44,335 nucleotides of DNA, from the IMG/VR virus record IMGVR_UViG_3300037501_000085; one strand, given 5' to 3'. The notes under the pieces are model-generated. The model was not told where the DNA came from, did not search any database, and worked only from the letters and a program-made list of their open reading frames with translations. Origin of the DNA: a virus. Positions 22,735 to 32,479 of this stretch are shown here, piece after piece. A program made the translations under genes and the position numbers. The stretch's first letter is position 1; each line of letters opens with the position of its first letter.

Positions 22735-24077
22735 ACGCTCAGGATCCCCTCAATCTGGAGTTTGTGGATCGCTCCGGCCAAGGTGGCCGTGAAGTTGACG
22801 TCCGGCAAGATCCTGGCCGCTCGATCGGCCGGGTCCACGTCCGTGACCTTCGGCGCGGTCACGACCGGAGCTGGATCGGCGGCCAGGCCACCCTGTTGGA
22901 TCCCCCGGGTCAGGACGGACAGAATCAGTCCTCGGACGACGTCCACGCCCGCGTCCGTGTAGGGGATCTTTTTCCCGCTGGCGCTCGCCTGGGCGAGTGC
23001 GGCGAAGATCGTCTCCTGGATCCGAGCGAAGAGGAAGTCCACGAAATGGGTCACGTCCAAGAATTCCCCCGAGCTAGAGTAGCCCTGCCGGGTGACGTTG
23101 ATCCCACCGAGATTTGTGTAATGATTCGCACGTTTGGTGTCTGCGTTCGTCGCCTGGCCGCCCGTCAGGGCGTCGACCGTGATCCCTGCCAGAGTCCGGT
23201 AGATCCAGGTCCCAGCCCCGGGGTCGGTCGGGAGCATGCCCCCCATCCAGGCCGCAGCCGGATAGTTGAGCATCTGTCGGCCGTAGTACATGATCGCGGT
23301 CCTGGCGTAGTTGGCTGTTTTCAGGTCCGAGGCGATGTCCGTGGTCACGGCGTTGTCCAGGACATCGGAGTCCATCGTGGACGCGATGAACAGCTTGCGT
23401 CGGGTCTCCACGGCCGCGGCCAGGGCGTTGATCTCGGCCTCGGAGTTGGAATCAATCAGGATCCCGTACCAGGTCGTGGAGTCGATCGCCTCCACGTCCG
23501 TCAGGTCGGCCACGATCCCTCCCGAGCCGGGGTTGGCCGTCACGGTCAGGACCTTCATGTCCGAGGGTCTGGGCATGTCCCGGAGGTCGAACAGGTCCCC
23601 CGCCGTCGTCGGTGTGACCGTGACGTGTGTGGTCGCGTCGACGGCGTCTACTCCGACCAGGGGATTGATCAGGGCCGTGAGGGCGGTCACGATGCTGGCC
23701 ACGGTTGCGGCGCCCGGGACCGTGTAGCTGATCGTGGTCTCCACGCCGGCCGGTGTCACGACCACGAACGAGTACACGAATCCCTGGGTGATCGTGACTG
23801 GAATCAGGCGGACGGTCTGGGTGTGAACTCGAGTTCGCTTGCCCACCACAACGCTGGTGGGCCGGGGATTTTGCGAGAAACACGCCTGGGCCATCTTGTA
23901 GACCGGATGGTTGACCGAGAACCCTGCGTCCGTGATTTCCTTGATCGATTTGTACGATCGGACCACCTCGGGAGTGACCGTGTGGTAGGCCAGGAGGAGG
24001 GGGATCCCGAAGCCGAGCCGAGTCGGAAATACGGTCTGAGTCGTGATCGTGAGCTGTACGACGTCGTCCAGGGACAT
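22731..24077 (-). CDS. Contractile tail sheath protein
   Basis: 448 aa immediately upstream of the tube gene. It resembles the recalled DUF3383-type sheath family. Confidence 0.7.
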   Translation of the reverse strand: MSLDDVVQLTITTQTVFPTRLGFGIPLLLAYHTVTPEVVRSYKSIKEITDAGFSVNHPVYKMAQACFSQNPRPTSVVVGKRTRVHTQTVRLIPVTITQGFVYSFVVVTPAGVETTISYTVPGAATVASIVTALTALINPLVGVDAVDATTHVTVTPTTAGDLFDLRDMPRPSDMKVLTVTANPGSGGIVADLTDVEAIDSTTWYGILIDSNSEAEINALAAAVETRRKLFIASTMDSDVLDNAVTTDIASDLKTANYARTAIMYYGRQMLNYPAAAWMGGMLPTDPGAGTWIYRTLAGITVDALTGGQATNADTKRANHYTNLGGINVTRQGYSSSGEFLDVTHFVDFLFARIQETIFAALAQASASGKKIPYTDAGVDVVRGLILSVLTRGIQQGGLAADPAPVVTAPKVTDVDPADRAARILPDVNFTATLAGAIHKLQIEGILSV

Positions 24078-24081
24078 AGGG

Positions 24082-24546
24082 CTACCTCCGTAGATACCAG
24101 CCCAGGGCCGCGCTGGCTAGGGCTACGGCCAAGGCCCCCAGGGTGGCGGCGGCCCAGCGGGTCCAGTGTCTCCGGGCCTCCGACACCTGAGCCAGTTCGG
24201 CCTGAGCCTTGGCCAGGTCCCGGGCAGCCAGACGGGCGTCCAGAGCCGCATGGAGGGCCGGGGCGTGGCGCACCCCGGTAATGTCTTCTAGGGCTTCTCG
24301 GGTGGAGTCCATGACATTGATCCTCTCCCGATTCTCTTGGACCCGCCTCCGGAGGCGGTCCAGAGCTTCATGGATTTCTTGGGCGTCCTCCCGACGTCGT
24401 TTGTCCAGGAGAACGATCTGGGCCGCTATCTCGCCCACGGCCTGGCTCAGGTCGTGGTAGGCCTGGGCAAGCATGGCGAGCTTGGGGGCTAGACCCTCCA
24501 GACGAACGAGTCTGGCCTCGTGATCGTCCTGACCGTTGGTTCTCAT
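24082..24546 (-). CDS. Coiled-coil protein with a C-terminal transmembrane anchor (154 aa)
   Basis: Charged heptad-like helical sequence, then WAAATLGALAVALASAALGWYLRR at the C-terminus. Confidence 0.5.
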   Translation of the reverse strand: MRTNGQDDHEARLVRLEGLAPKLAMLAQAYHDLSQAVGEIAAQIVLLDKRRREDAQEIHEALDRLRRRVQENRERINVMDSTREALEDITGVRHAPALHAALDARLAARDLAKAQAELAQVSEARRHWTRWAAATLGALAVALASAALGWYLRR

Positions 24547-25133
24547 GGGGGTAGGATCCCCGTGAGGTTGCCTTGGATCACAGTATCGGGGGGCACGCCG
24601 TGTTTCAGGGTGGCCGTGGCCTCGATCGTGGCGATGTAGCCGTACCGGACAGGATCGACCTCCGAGGTCCGGGACCGGATCCGGAGGTCTAGGGCGGCCC
24701 GAGAAGTCTGTCGATCATCCACGGGTAGGCTGAGATCTTGGACCTCGCCCGAGCTGATCAGAGCACAGCCGACCTCGCGGAACGCGGCCAGGCTGGACCG
24801 GCGATAGAGGCGGCCCCGGACCCTCTCGAGGTACGTCCAGGCCGTCTCGCCATCCTGCTGACTCAGGCTCTCAGCCAGGAGGGTCAGGGTCAGGGCCCGG
24901 ATCGTGATCAGGGTGTCGCCCAGCTCCTGGTTCAGGGGCCGGGCGGCGTCGAAGTCCACCTGACGATCGTCGGTCACGCCCAGGGTCCGGACCGGACCGA
25001 GGCTCAGGCGGATCAGGTATCGGCATGAGGGATCGATATAGGGCTGGGGTTGATCCGCCCATACTGCGGTCCCGTCCTCTGTCAGGGTCTCCACGAGCTG
25101 GAGCAGAGCCGGACGGATGTCGGCCCAGTTCAT
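24543..25133 (-). CDS. Neck / tail-completion protein (196 aa)
   Basis: Positioned between the head-tail joining genes and the sheath gene, with ATGA overlaps. No firm family. Confidence 0.45.
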   Translation of the reverse strand: MNWADIRPALLQLVETLTEDGTAVWADQPQPYIDPSCRYLIRLSLGPVRTLGVTDDRQVDFDAARPLNQELGDTLITIRALTLTLLAESLSQQDGETAWTYLERVRGRLYRRSSLAAFREVGCALISSGEVQDLSLPVDDRQTSRAALDLRIRSRTSEVDPVRYGYIATIEATATLKHGVPPDTVIQGNLTGILPP

Positions 25134-25585
25134 GGGGTCACCCGATGTCGGATCGATGCTCGGAGCTGGCCCGTGTCGATGAGAGGGGTGCTGGAGCCCT
25201 TCCGGGCCACGGTGGCCGGGGCCAAAGGTGGAGGGATTCCACCGGCCATGCGGGCCTGGACGGCTCCGACAAACGCGAGGCCCACCTGGTCCAGGGCGAC
25301 CTTGGCTGAGGGGACCTGACCCTTGACCACCCGGATGGCGGCCTGTTGAAGGGCTCGCTCGTTCTCGGCCTGGGCTCCATCGGCCCAGGCCCGGATGAAG
25401 GACCGCTCCGGGACGCCTAGGCCGTACTCGTGGATTGTGGCGATGTCTCCGACCGTGAGACCATGGCCGTGGCTCGCCCCGCCCTCCTCCCCGTGTACTC
25501 CCACGGTTAGGGTGAGCCTAGCCCCTCGGACTCGAGCTAGGAGGGCCCGCATGCCTCGGTCTGTGTCTCGGACTCGGGAGGCCAT
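25130..25585 (-). CDS. Head-tail joining protein, HK97 gp10-like
   Basis: IATIHEYGLGVPERSFIR fits the hEfG…P-R-pF motif of the gp10 family. Confidence 0.55.
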   Translation of the reverse strand: MASRVRDTDRGMRALLARVRGARLTLTVGVHGEEGGASHGHGLTVGDIATIHEYGLGVPERSFIRAWADGAQAENERALQQAAIRVVKGQVPSAKVALDQVGLAFVGAVQARMAGGIPPPLAPATVARKGSSTPLIDTGQLRASIRHRVTP

Positions 25586-25588
25586 CGA

Positions 25589-25870
25589 TCAGATCACCCT
25601 GAGACCGATGGTAACCTGGGCCTCGAGTCGGGCAAACTGCCGTCCATACGTGGTCTCACCCTTCTCGGAGGTGAGCCGGGCAAACTGACCATTCGGGGCG
25701 AGGGCCAGGGTGTGGGCCGCGAGGAGGCCCTGTCCCTGATCGGCGAGGGTACCCCAGACCGAGGCATCGATCCTGGCCAGGGCACGGTCCAGGTAGGCCT
25801 GGACCAGGGCGTCCGGAGCCGAGGCAAATTCGGGGTACTGGGTCCTCCAGGTCTGGAGACTGAGGGCCAT
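25589..25870 (-). CDS. Head-tail connector/adaptor (DUF4054-like)
   Basis: …WRTQYPEFASAPDALVQAYLDRA…LLAAHTLALAP… fits the recalled DUF4054 pattern. It is 93 aa. Confidence 0.5.
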   Translation of the reverse strand: MALSLQTWRTQYPEFASAPDALVQAYLDRALARIDASVWGTLADQGQGLLAAHTLALAPNGQFARLTSEKGETTYGRQFARLEAQVTIGLRVI

Positions 25871-25875
25871 GGCCC

Positions 25876-26193
25876 TTAGCCTAAGGCCTCGGCTCGGGCC
25901 GCGATGGCCTCCAGGACGGCCTTGCGTCGCTCGCCCTTGGCCAGGGCCTGGAGGGCAGCCAGACTCGTCTCAGCCTGGATCAGGGCCAGGATCTGCTCCT
26001 CCGTCGGCTTGGCCGGGGCCGGCATCTTGGCCCGGCCCTCCACCAGAGTCCCGTCCAGGATGAGGGGGGATCCTCTCACGGCCTCGGCCGTGGCCTGGTC
26101 CAGGTCCAGGGTGAGGGTCTCCCCCGGCAGGATCCGATGCCCTCGGCAGGGGTAGACCAGGCGAGCGCTGGTGTTGGTCAGGGTGATGGGCAC
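25876..26193 (-). CDS. Hypothetical head-module protein (105 aa)
   Basis: Compact ORF directly downstream of the capsid gene. Confidence 0.45.
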   Translation of the reverse strand: MPITLTNTSARLVYPCRGHRILPGETLTLDLDQATAEAVRGSPLILDGTLVEGRAKMPAPAKPTEEQILALIQAETSLAALQALAKGERRKAVLEAIAARAEALG

Positions 26194-26196
26194 GGG

Positions 26197-27153
26197 TCAC
26201 ACTCCGTCTGCGTAGACCATGGCCAGAGGGTAGCGGATGGACACGCCACCGATCCGAGCATGGCAGGGGACCTCGAAGGACAGGTTTCGGGCCTGTGGCG
26301 GAAACTGCTCGAATTCCTGGGGAATGACCAGCTCCACGACCTCCGGCGATCGCTCGTACGCGACTGCCCGAGTAATCCCGCCCGTCCCCGCCGTGTCGAG
26401 GAACGACCACTGATCCACGTTCCGGATCCAGGGACTGGTCCGGAGGAACACGGACAGGATCGTGTCCGGGATGGTCGTGGAGAAGCTCCTGGTCGCGACG
26501 ATGCTGTATCGGCTGACCGGGAGGAGCATCGTGTCGGGCCTGTGAGTGTCCAGGGTCTGCTCCACGATCTTGTTCGCGATCTCGTGCAGATCGTCCAGGA
26601 TCTGGGCCGATGTCGCGGCGGGCCAGTTGGCGTTGATCGTGGGATTGGTCAGGATCGGAACGTTGGCGTTGTTGAGGAAGCCCGGCAGATCGGCCATGCT
26701 GTCGCCTACGGCCGCAAGCTTCTCGATCCGGTTCTCGACCGCTCGGCGGGCGGCCATCGCCTTCCGGGCGTCCAGGTTCGTCCCGGCCATGCTCGCGGCC
26801 CGGATGTCCTGGATCGTGTAGTCGTAGCTGGCGCCCAAGCTCTTGATTCCCTGGACATTTTCCTTGCCCAAGACCGTGACCTTGGGCAGATCGTCGGCGT
26901 AATTTGCCAGGATCTTGGCCATGCCGGCCCAGTCCCAGCTTCGCCAGGTGAAGCTCTCCGCGCCGCTCGGGACCTCGGAGTCCACCGGGAGAAATTGCCG
27001 AGCCTTCAGCTCCAGATATTTGACGTCGTATGTGCGGGCCTTGACGTACTCGAGCTGGCGGACGAAGGCCGCCGTTTCTCCCGCATCGGCGCGGTAACCC
27101 ATCGTCTGGAGCATGTGAGCGGCCTGGGCAAGCATTTCGGGGGTCGGGGGCAT
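26197..27153 (-). CDS. Major capsid protein (DUF2184-type, HK97-fold)
   Basis: 318 aa. …FVRQLEYVKARTYDVKYLELKARQFLPV…ANYADDLPKV…YDYTIQDIRAA… fits the family, as does synteny with a DUF1073-type portal and a DUF2213-type protein. Confidence 0.75.
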   Translation of the reverse strand: MPPTPEMLAQAAHMLQTMGYRADAGETAAFVRQLEYVKARTYDVKYLELKARQFLPVDSEVPSGAESFTWRSWDWAGMAKILANYADDLPKVTVLGKENVQGIKSLGASYDYTIQDIRAASMAGTNLDARKAMAARRAVENRIEKLAAVGDSMADLPGFLNNANVPILTNPTINANWPAATSAQILDDLHEIANKIVEQTLDTHRPDTMLLPVSRYSIVATRSFSTTIPDTILSVFLRTSPWIRNVDQWSFLDTAGTGGITRAVAYERSPEVVELVIPQEFEQFPPQARNLSFEVPCHARIGGVSIRYPLAMVYADGV

Positions 27154-27172
27154 GGCTGATTCTTCTCCGGGG

Positions 27173-27673
27173 TCAGGGCAGGTTGATCTCTACCAGGGCC
27201 ACGGCCCCGATGCTCGCCCCTCGGATGACCTTGGCCGAGCCGAGGACCGTAGCTGAGGCATCGGCCGTCCCTCGGATCGTACCGGCATCGGTCCCGCTGT
27301 GGATCACGAACACCTGACCGTCGTCCAAGGCCGCTGCTCCGGTCACCGGGACCCAGATCCGACCTTTTCCGAGGACCGGAACGGCGTCCTTGTCCTGCCA
27401 GATCACGGCCGTCGGGATGGGGTAGGCGTTGGGCTCCATCATTGGCGAGAGCGCCAGGAACCCAAGGGCGTCATTCGTGACGTCGGCCGAGGCCGTGGGG
27501 AGCTTGGCCTGGTCCGTCGCGGTGCCCTTGACCAGGAGTCGACCAGGGGCCGCCCCTCCGGACTGTTCGAGGATCCGGGTTTGGACGTCACGGAATGCGC
27601 TGTCCGCGATCAGGCCCCCTACACCAAAGGAGGGCTCCAGGACGTAGGTGGTCTGTACGGGGGTCGTGGCCAT
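27173..27673 (-). CDS. Head decoration/cement-like protein (166 aa)
   Basis: Beta-rich ORF between the scaffold/protease-like gene and the capsid gene. Confidence 0.4.
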   Translation of the reverse strand: MATTPVQTTYVLEPSFGVGGLIADSAFRDVQTRILEQSGGAAPGRLLVKGTATDQAKLPTASADVTNDALGFLALSPMMEPNAYPIPTAVIWQDKDAVPVLGKGRIWVPVTGAAALDDGQVFVIHSGTDAGTIRGTADASATVLGSAKVIRGASIGAVALVEINLP

Positions 27674-27676
27674 GGG

Positions 27677-28975
27677 TCAGTCCTTCCGGTAGGAGAGCAG
27701 AGGCTTTTGCCAGGCGGTTCTTGAGTCCTGGATCATCCGGGCTCGGGCCTGGGCCGCGTCGGGCTCGGGGGCCTTGGGTTGGCCCTTGCGCAGGGCCAGG
27801 ATGGAATCCTGGGCCGGGGCCTGGGGCGCAGGCGGAGCCTTGGGTTCCTCGTCCTCGGGCAGGGCCGGACCATCGGCCGGGGCCTGGGTCGCGGCCATCT
27901 TGGCTAGGGCCGGCTTGACCAGGGCCGCGAACGCGCCACGGATGTAATCCTCCGATTTGCCCTCCGGGGAAAACTCCGGGTCGATCATGCGGACCATCTC
28001 TACCATCATGGCCAGATCGTCCGTGGCGGCCATGGCCTCGTCCGAGCGCCTGATCCCGAGGCGTCGGGCCTGATCCAGGAGCTGGGCCCGGGCCGTGATC
28101 CGGGCCTGGATAGCCTTCGGGTCCTGGGCCTGGGCCAGGAGTTTGTCCGCGGCATCGGCGCGTCCACGGGCCTCATCCCTCTCCCTGGCCATCTCGAGGA
28201 GCATGGATTCCAGGAGCCGGACGTGCTCCGGCGATCCTTCGATGACGTCGCGGCCATCGATCCGGATCTTGACCACGGGTGCGGGGGTGTGCTCGGGGGC
28301 AGGCATGAGATCCTGGATACCGTCCCCCGAGTCCAAATGCAAGGCCACCTGAGGACCGGCCCGTCCCCAGCCGACCGGGCCCAGGGCCACGTGATTGTAC
28401 CTGATCCCTCGCTGGACGGCATCGTAGGGCTCTCCCCGGAATACACCAGGGGTCGGATCCAAGGTGGCCTGGTATCCACAGGAGACCTCCTTCCGGGCCC
28501 CGGACTCGATCAGGGCCAAGGTCGAGGCGTCCTGGATGGCCAGGACGGCCTGGACCAAATCCCCTCGGCCTTCGGCCGGGCCGACGTGCCCGACCGAGAC
28601 CTGTTTCCAGGTCTCGGCCGTGACCGGGGTGGGGGGATGGAGGTCCGTCACCGGACAGTCCGTCAGGGTGGCCAGACTATCTGGATGGAGGACCTCCTCC
28701 GGCGGGCGGAGCTCCCGGCGGATCGTGCCGTCGGTCAGGCGGTAGGGGAACACCCCGACCCGGGTCAGGGTGGCGGGGACTCGAGCCCCACCGGAGGGGG
28801 TAGGCTCGGCCCTGTCGAGGATCCCACCGTGATCGTAGCGGCGGACCGAAGGCCGGGAATCCTCGGCCTCGGCCTGGAGCTTACCGCAGATTCGGCGAGC
28901 CTCCTCCTCGGTATGTCCCCGATCCTGTTGATCGATCACACAGGCCTCGAACGTGTCGTAACCGGCGAAGGGCAT
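27677..28975 (-). CDS. Scaffold / prohead protease-like protein (DUF2213-type)
   Basis: …ATLTRVGVFPYRLTDGTIRRELRPPEEV…VTDLHP…KEVSCGYQATLD… followed by a helical C-terminal half and a Pro/Ala-rich tail. Confidence 0.6.
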   Translation of the reverse strand: MPFAGYDTFEACVIDQQDRGHTEEEARRICGKLQAEAEDSRPSVRRYDHGGILDRAEPTPSGGARVPATLTRVGVFPYRLTDGTIRRELRPPEEVLHPDSLATLTDCPVTDLHPPTPVTAETWKQVSVGHVGPAEGRGDLVQAVLAIQDASTLALIESGARKEVSCGYQATLDPTPGVFRGEPYDAVQRGIRYNHVALGPVGWGRAGPQVALHLDSGDGIQDLMPAPEHTPAPVVKIRIDGRDVIEGSPEHVRLLESMLLEMARERDEARGRADAADKLLAQAQDPKAIQARITARAQLLDQARRLGIRRSDEAMAATDDLAMMVEMVRMIDPEFSPEGKSEDYIRGAFAALVKPALAKMAATQAPADGPALPEDEEPKAPPAPQAPAQDSILALRKGQPKAPEPDAAQARARMIQDSRTAWQKPLLSYRKD

Positions 28976-28984
28976 GGCCAGAGT

Positions 28985-29776
28985 CTACTCCAGGTCCTGA
29001 TCCGAGGGCAGGATTGGGATCGCCACGCATCGACACTGATAATCGTCCCCAGGATGCCCTGTCCGCCCATCCTCGGACACGACCGGGGGTGAGGCCCAGG
29101 ACTGGATCGTGCCATCCAGTTCGGCGTGGACGGGCCGGACCCGTTCGTCCTGGCTCGTGCTCCAGGTGTACTGCTCTATCCCCGCGTTCTGTTGGCGCAT
29201 TTGGTTGAGCTGGCCCGATAGTTTTAGGGTCTGGTCCCGGGCCAAAAGCTCGGCCCGGGACTCGGCCACCTGGAAACGCTCTCGGATCTGATCCGTGAGG
29301 TCCTCGACCCGGAGCCCGGTCCGCTCGGCCTCCTCCAGGATCGGGATCAGGTCATCGATTTGCCGGCGGGCCAGGGACACGATCAGGTCCGTATTCCGCG
29401 CCCGGAAGGCCTCTAGGGCCGCAGGTACGCCTACCTCCGAGTGTAGGCTCAGGCCGATCACCCGGCGCAGCTCCTCCCCTCCTCGCCTGGATACCCTCCG
29501 GGCGACGATCCCGATCTGCTCATCCAGGGCCGGATCCTGGACGATCTCCTCCATCCTCAGGCGCAAGCGGCCGATCCGAGTCTGGACCCAGGGCGAGGCG
29601 TCCGCACGGCCGGGACCGTGTGCGACCGGATTCGCCTGCCAGCCCTCGATCAGGATGGCTTGGGCCGCCTGGAGCCAACGCGCGACCAGGGCCCTGAGGA
29701 AGGCCTGATAGGTCAGGACTGCCGCATCAGGGCGACGGAGGCGGACTCGGAGGGGTCGACGACGGGGCAAGGCCAA
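28985..29776 (-). CDS. Head morphogenesis protein, Mu F / SPP1 gp7-like
   Basis: ERVRPVHAELDGTIQSW…GHPGDDYQCRCVAIPIL is the family signature. Its 5' end overlaps the portal gene by 50 nt, so the true start is uncertain. Confidence 0.75.
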   Translation of the reverse strand: MALPRRRPLRVRLRRPDAAVLTYQAFLRALVARWLQAAQAILIEGWQANPVAHGPGRADASPWVQTRIGRLRLRMEEIVQDPALDEQIGIVARRVSRRGGEELRRVIGLSLHSEVGVPAALEAFRARNTDLIVSLARRQIDDLIPILEEAERTGLRVEDLTDQIRERFQVAESRAELLARDQTLKLSGQLNQMRQQNAGIEQYTWSTSQDERVRPVHAELDGTIQSWASPPVVSEDGRTGHPGDDYQCRCVAIPILPSDQDLE

Positions 29777-31016
29777 ATCTCCGGGCCCTGACCTCTTCCG
29801 GGGTCAGGACCTCCCGGTCCAGGTAGATCGCATCGGTGTCGGCCAGGAGTTTGTCCGCCTCTCGTCGCTCTTTGGGAGTCTCCTGGAATAGGCTGGGAAA
29901 TATGACCCCATGCTCTCCCCGGATGCCCAGGGCCAGGGCCGTCACGTGGACGAGCTGGATCAGGATCGGGGCCAGGATGTTGGCCTGATCGGATTTGATC
30001 CGATCGTAGAAAATCCGCAGGTCCGTGTCCCCCGTGGCGTTCAAACCGGCGGGGGCCTGGCCCATCAAGAGAGTGACCGGGATCTCGGATGAGGCGGCCA
30101 GACGGTTGGCCGCTCGGTCCATCATCTCGGGGACCCCCGCGAATTGTGTGGCAATTTTTTCGTACCTCTCCCCGCCCTCGGCGTCCAGCATGACTGCCCT
30201 GGCCACCGATCGACCCATGTCCAGGAGCACGGCCCGACTCATCAGATCCTGCTTTTGGCCTCCGGCGAGGGCCGAGATCAGGCCCCGCATGGTGAATACG
30301 GCCTGACTGGCATCGCTCAGCATCAGGGTCCCGGCCTGGTGGGCCGTGTTGAACATCTGTAGGGCCGGGTAGCACACCTGGAGGACGGACAGGTCCCAGC
30401 CGTCTAACTCCTCCTGCTCCTCCTGGGCCGTATGGGCGCCGGAGAATCGGATCGTCCGGGACACGTGGACCGTGGACGACTGCCCGCGGATGGGCTGGAT
30501 CCGGTAGACCTCGGGCTCCTGGTAGTCCGGACTGGCCGGGTCCTCATTCCGGCGCTCGACCGTGAGTCGACGGCGATCGTAGACCTGAAGATAGGCCACA
30601 CCCCGGCCCACGATCCTGTCCAGAGCGAGGGGCTGGTCCGCCGGGAGGCCATCGTCCACGCCCAGGATCAGGAGGGCCCCCCCGAACAGACGGCCCCACA
30701 GGAGCCCGTCCAGGACCTGCCGGGTCGCGTCCAGGTCCGTCAGGGTGGTCTGGATCTGGTCCGAGCCCGGGCCCGTCACCCGGTAGCCCTGCCGGAGCAT
30801 TTCCCGGGGGACTATCTCCACGATCTTCCTGGCCATGTCGTCGCCATGGTAGAGCGCAGACAGTTCGGGGTCGGACAGGCGGAGGGACGGGGCGAAGATC
30901 GTGTGACTCAGTTTGTCCCGGCTCGTCCCGAAGCCCGTGAACGGATTCTGCCAGCCGTCGGCCCGGCCCAGGCCGAGGGCTCCGGATAGATCGCGGAGAC
31001 GGTCATGGATCGTCAC
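29727..31016 (-). CDS. Portal protein (DUF1073-type)
   Basis: …GWQNPFTGFGTSRDKLSHTIFAP…LSDPELSALYHGDDMARKIVEIVPREMLRQG… It lies directly downstream of TerL (ATGA overlap). Confidence 0.75.
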   Translation of the reverse strand: MTIHDRLRDLSGALGLGRADGWQNPFTGFGTSRDKLSHTIFAPSLRLSDPELSALYHGDDMARKIVEIVPREMLRQGYRVTGPGSDQIQTTLTDLDATRQVLDGLLWGRLFGGALLILGVDDGLPADQPLALDRIVGRGVAYLQVYDRRRLTVERRNEDPASPDYQEPEVYRIQPIRGQSSTVHVSRTIRFSGAHTAQEEQEELDGWDLSVLQVCYPALQMFNTAHQAGTLMLSDASQAVFTMRGLISALAGGQKQDLMSRAVLLDMGRSVARAVMLDAEGGERYEKIATQFAGVPEMMDRAANRLAASSEIPVTLLMGQAPAGLNATGDTDLRIFYDRIKSDQANILAPILIQLVHVTALALGIRGEHGVIFPSLFQETPKERREADKLLADTDAIYLDREVLTPEEVRARRFGLAPSSTPPSPPPSP

Positions 31017-32479
31017 GTATCCTCACCTCTAACACGGGCCATCGCCCGGCTGAAGTCCTCGCCGTGCCGTCGCAGACGGCCTAGGGCCTGGCTGGTCATG
31101 TCCACCATGTCATCATGGGCCGATCGAGGGAAGGCCTCGTGCTGGGCCTGATAGGCTTTCACCCACCCGGCCAGGCTCGGGTGAGGGATCAGGACCCGGC
31201 CCGAAGCGAAGGCCGGGGTGCAGGCATGGGCCCGGGCCTCCTTCCCGCCCTCGGGCGAAACGAGGGTTATCCCTCGGATCTCCCGGCGGAGAGCGTCTTC
31301 TACGGCGGGCCCGTTGGCCTTGTCCTCGACCAACTTATCGTGAGCCCTGGGCCACTTAGCGGTCATGTGGCGCATGGCGTCAAGGGTCTGGGTGAAGGTC
31401 ATGCGCTCACAGATTAGGTCCATGAGTAGATACTGACCCCGGGCGGCCCACCAGACCCCCCCGCAGACGAAATCCGACCCGTCCGAGCCCTTGAAGGTCA
31501 GGTCCCAGGACTGGATCTGAATCCCATGCCCCTCCGGGGGGAGGGGCTGGCCTCGGTCCTGATCGTCAGGGTGCCAGTATCGCCACCAGTCCCGGCGGAA
31601 GATCCCCCCTCCCCGCCGGGTCGGGCGTTGCTGAAGCTGCGCCGCAGCCACGTCCGGTCCCATCTCCTCCACCTCCAGCCGGCGGACGGCCTCCTCGGGG
31701 TAGCGGTCGGGGCAGAGGAGGGCCCCGGGCTCGGTTCGCCGGTCTCCTCCCCAGGCCGTCCGGCAGGGCTCGTCCTCCTCGTATCGCATGGGTAGACGGA
31801 GGAGGGTGTATCCGGCTCGGATGCATTCCCCGGCCAGGTCATCCTCGTGTAGACGCTGCATGATCACGACCCGGCGGAAGGACCGAGGATCCCGGGCTCG
31901 GCTGGCCATCGTCTGTCGCCACCAGGAGCTGACCGCCTCCAGGGCCGTCCGAGAGTGATTCACGCCTCCACTGGCGTCCCGAGGCTTGATCGGATCGTCC
32001 ACGATCTGGATGTCGGCGTGGCGCCCGGTCACCTTCCCGGCCACGGACGTGGAAAAGCGGAAACCCCCGAGAAGGTTGGAGAAATTGGCCAGGGCCAGGT
32101 TGCCCTTAGGGCATAGATTTCCCCAGCGCTCCAGGTACCAGTCCGAGCGGAGCAGGGTGATCAATTTGGCTGCGTCCCGGGTGGCCAGAGTGCCGTCGTA
32201 ACTGGCACAGATCCAGGACGTTCGGGGTCGCAAAGACCATTCCCAGGCCTGCCAGAAGACCCCGACGGCCAAGGACTTGCCTGTCCCCGGGGGGACGTTG
32301 ATCACCAACCTGGTGATCTCTCCCCGACTCACGGCCTCCAGGTGTCGGCATATCTCCTCCAGGTGCCAGGAGGGAACGAAGCCCGGGCCTTCTACGTGGG
32401 GCCAGGCAAGGAGGAGGAATTGGTAGAGGCCCCCCGTGCGGATGAGGGCCCGATCGATGGAGGGGAGACTAGCCCCCAT
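31013..32479 (-). CDS. terL: Terminase large subunit
   Basis: Walker A VINVPPGTGKSL and Walker B DIQIVDDP, with acidic nuclease-type residues in the C-terminal half. Located upstream of the portal gene. Confidence 0.85.
   Translation of the reverse strand: MGASLPSIDRALIRTGGLYQFLLLAWPHVEGPGFVPSWHLEEICRHLEAVSRGEITRLVINVPPGTGKSLAVGVFWQAWEWSLRPRTSWICASYDGTLATRDAAKLITLLRSDWYLERWGNLCPKGNLALANFSNLLGGFRFSTSVAGKVTGRHADIQIVDDPIKPRDASGGVNHSRTALEAVSSWWRQTMASRARDPRSFRRVVIMQRLHEDDLAGECIRAGYTLLRLPMRYEEDEPCRTAWGGDRRTEPGALLCPDRYPEEAVRRLEVEEMGPDVAAAQLQQRPTRRGGGIFRRDWWRYWHPDDQDRGQPLPPEGHGIQIQSWDLTFKGSDGSDFVCGGVWWAARGQYLLMDLICERMTFTQTLDAMRHMTAKWPRAHDKLVEDKANGPAVEDALRREIRGITLVSPEGGKEARAHACTPAFASGRVLIPHPSLAGWVKAYQAQHEAFPRSAHDDMVDMTSQALGRLRRHGEDFSRAMARVRGEDT

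Noticed and set aside
22764-24281. Antisense ORF 22764..24281 (505 aa, plus) opposite the sheath gene
   Set aside because: It is a Gly/Arg/Asp/His-rich GC-bias artefact. The sheath frame is tightly coupled to the tube gene.
26137-29092. Antisense ORFs 26137..27159 (340 aa) and 28223..29092 (289 aa)
   Set aside because: They lie opposite the capsid and scaffold-like genes. Their compositions are biased, and they have no coupling or motifs.
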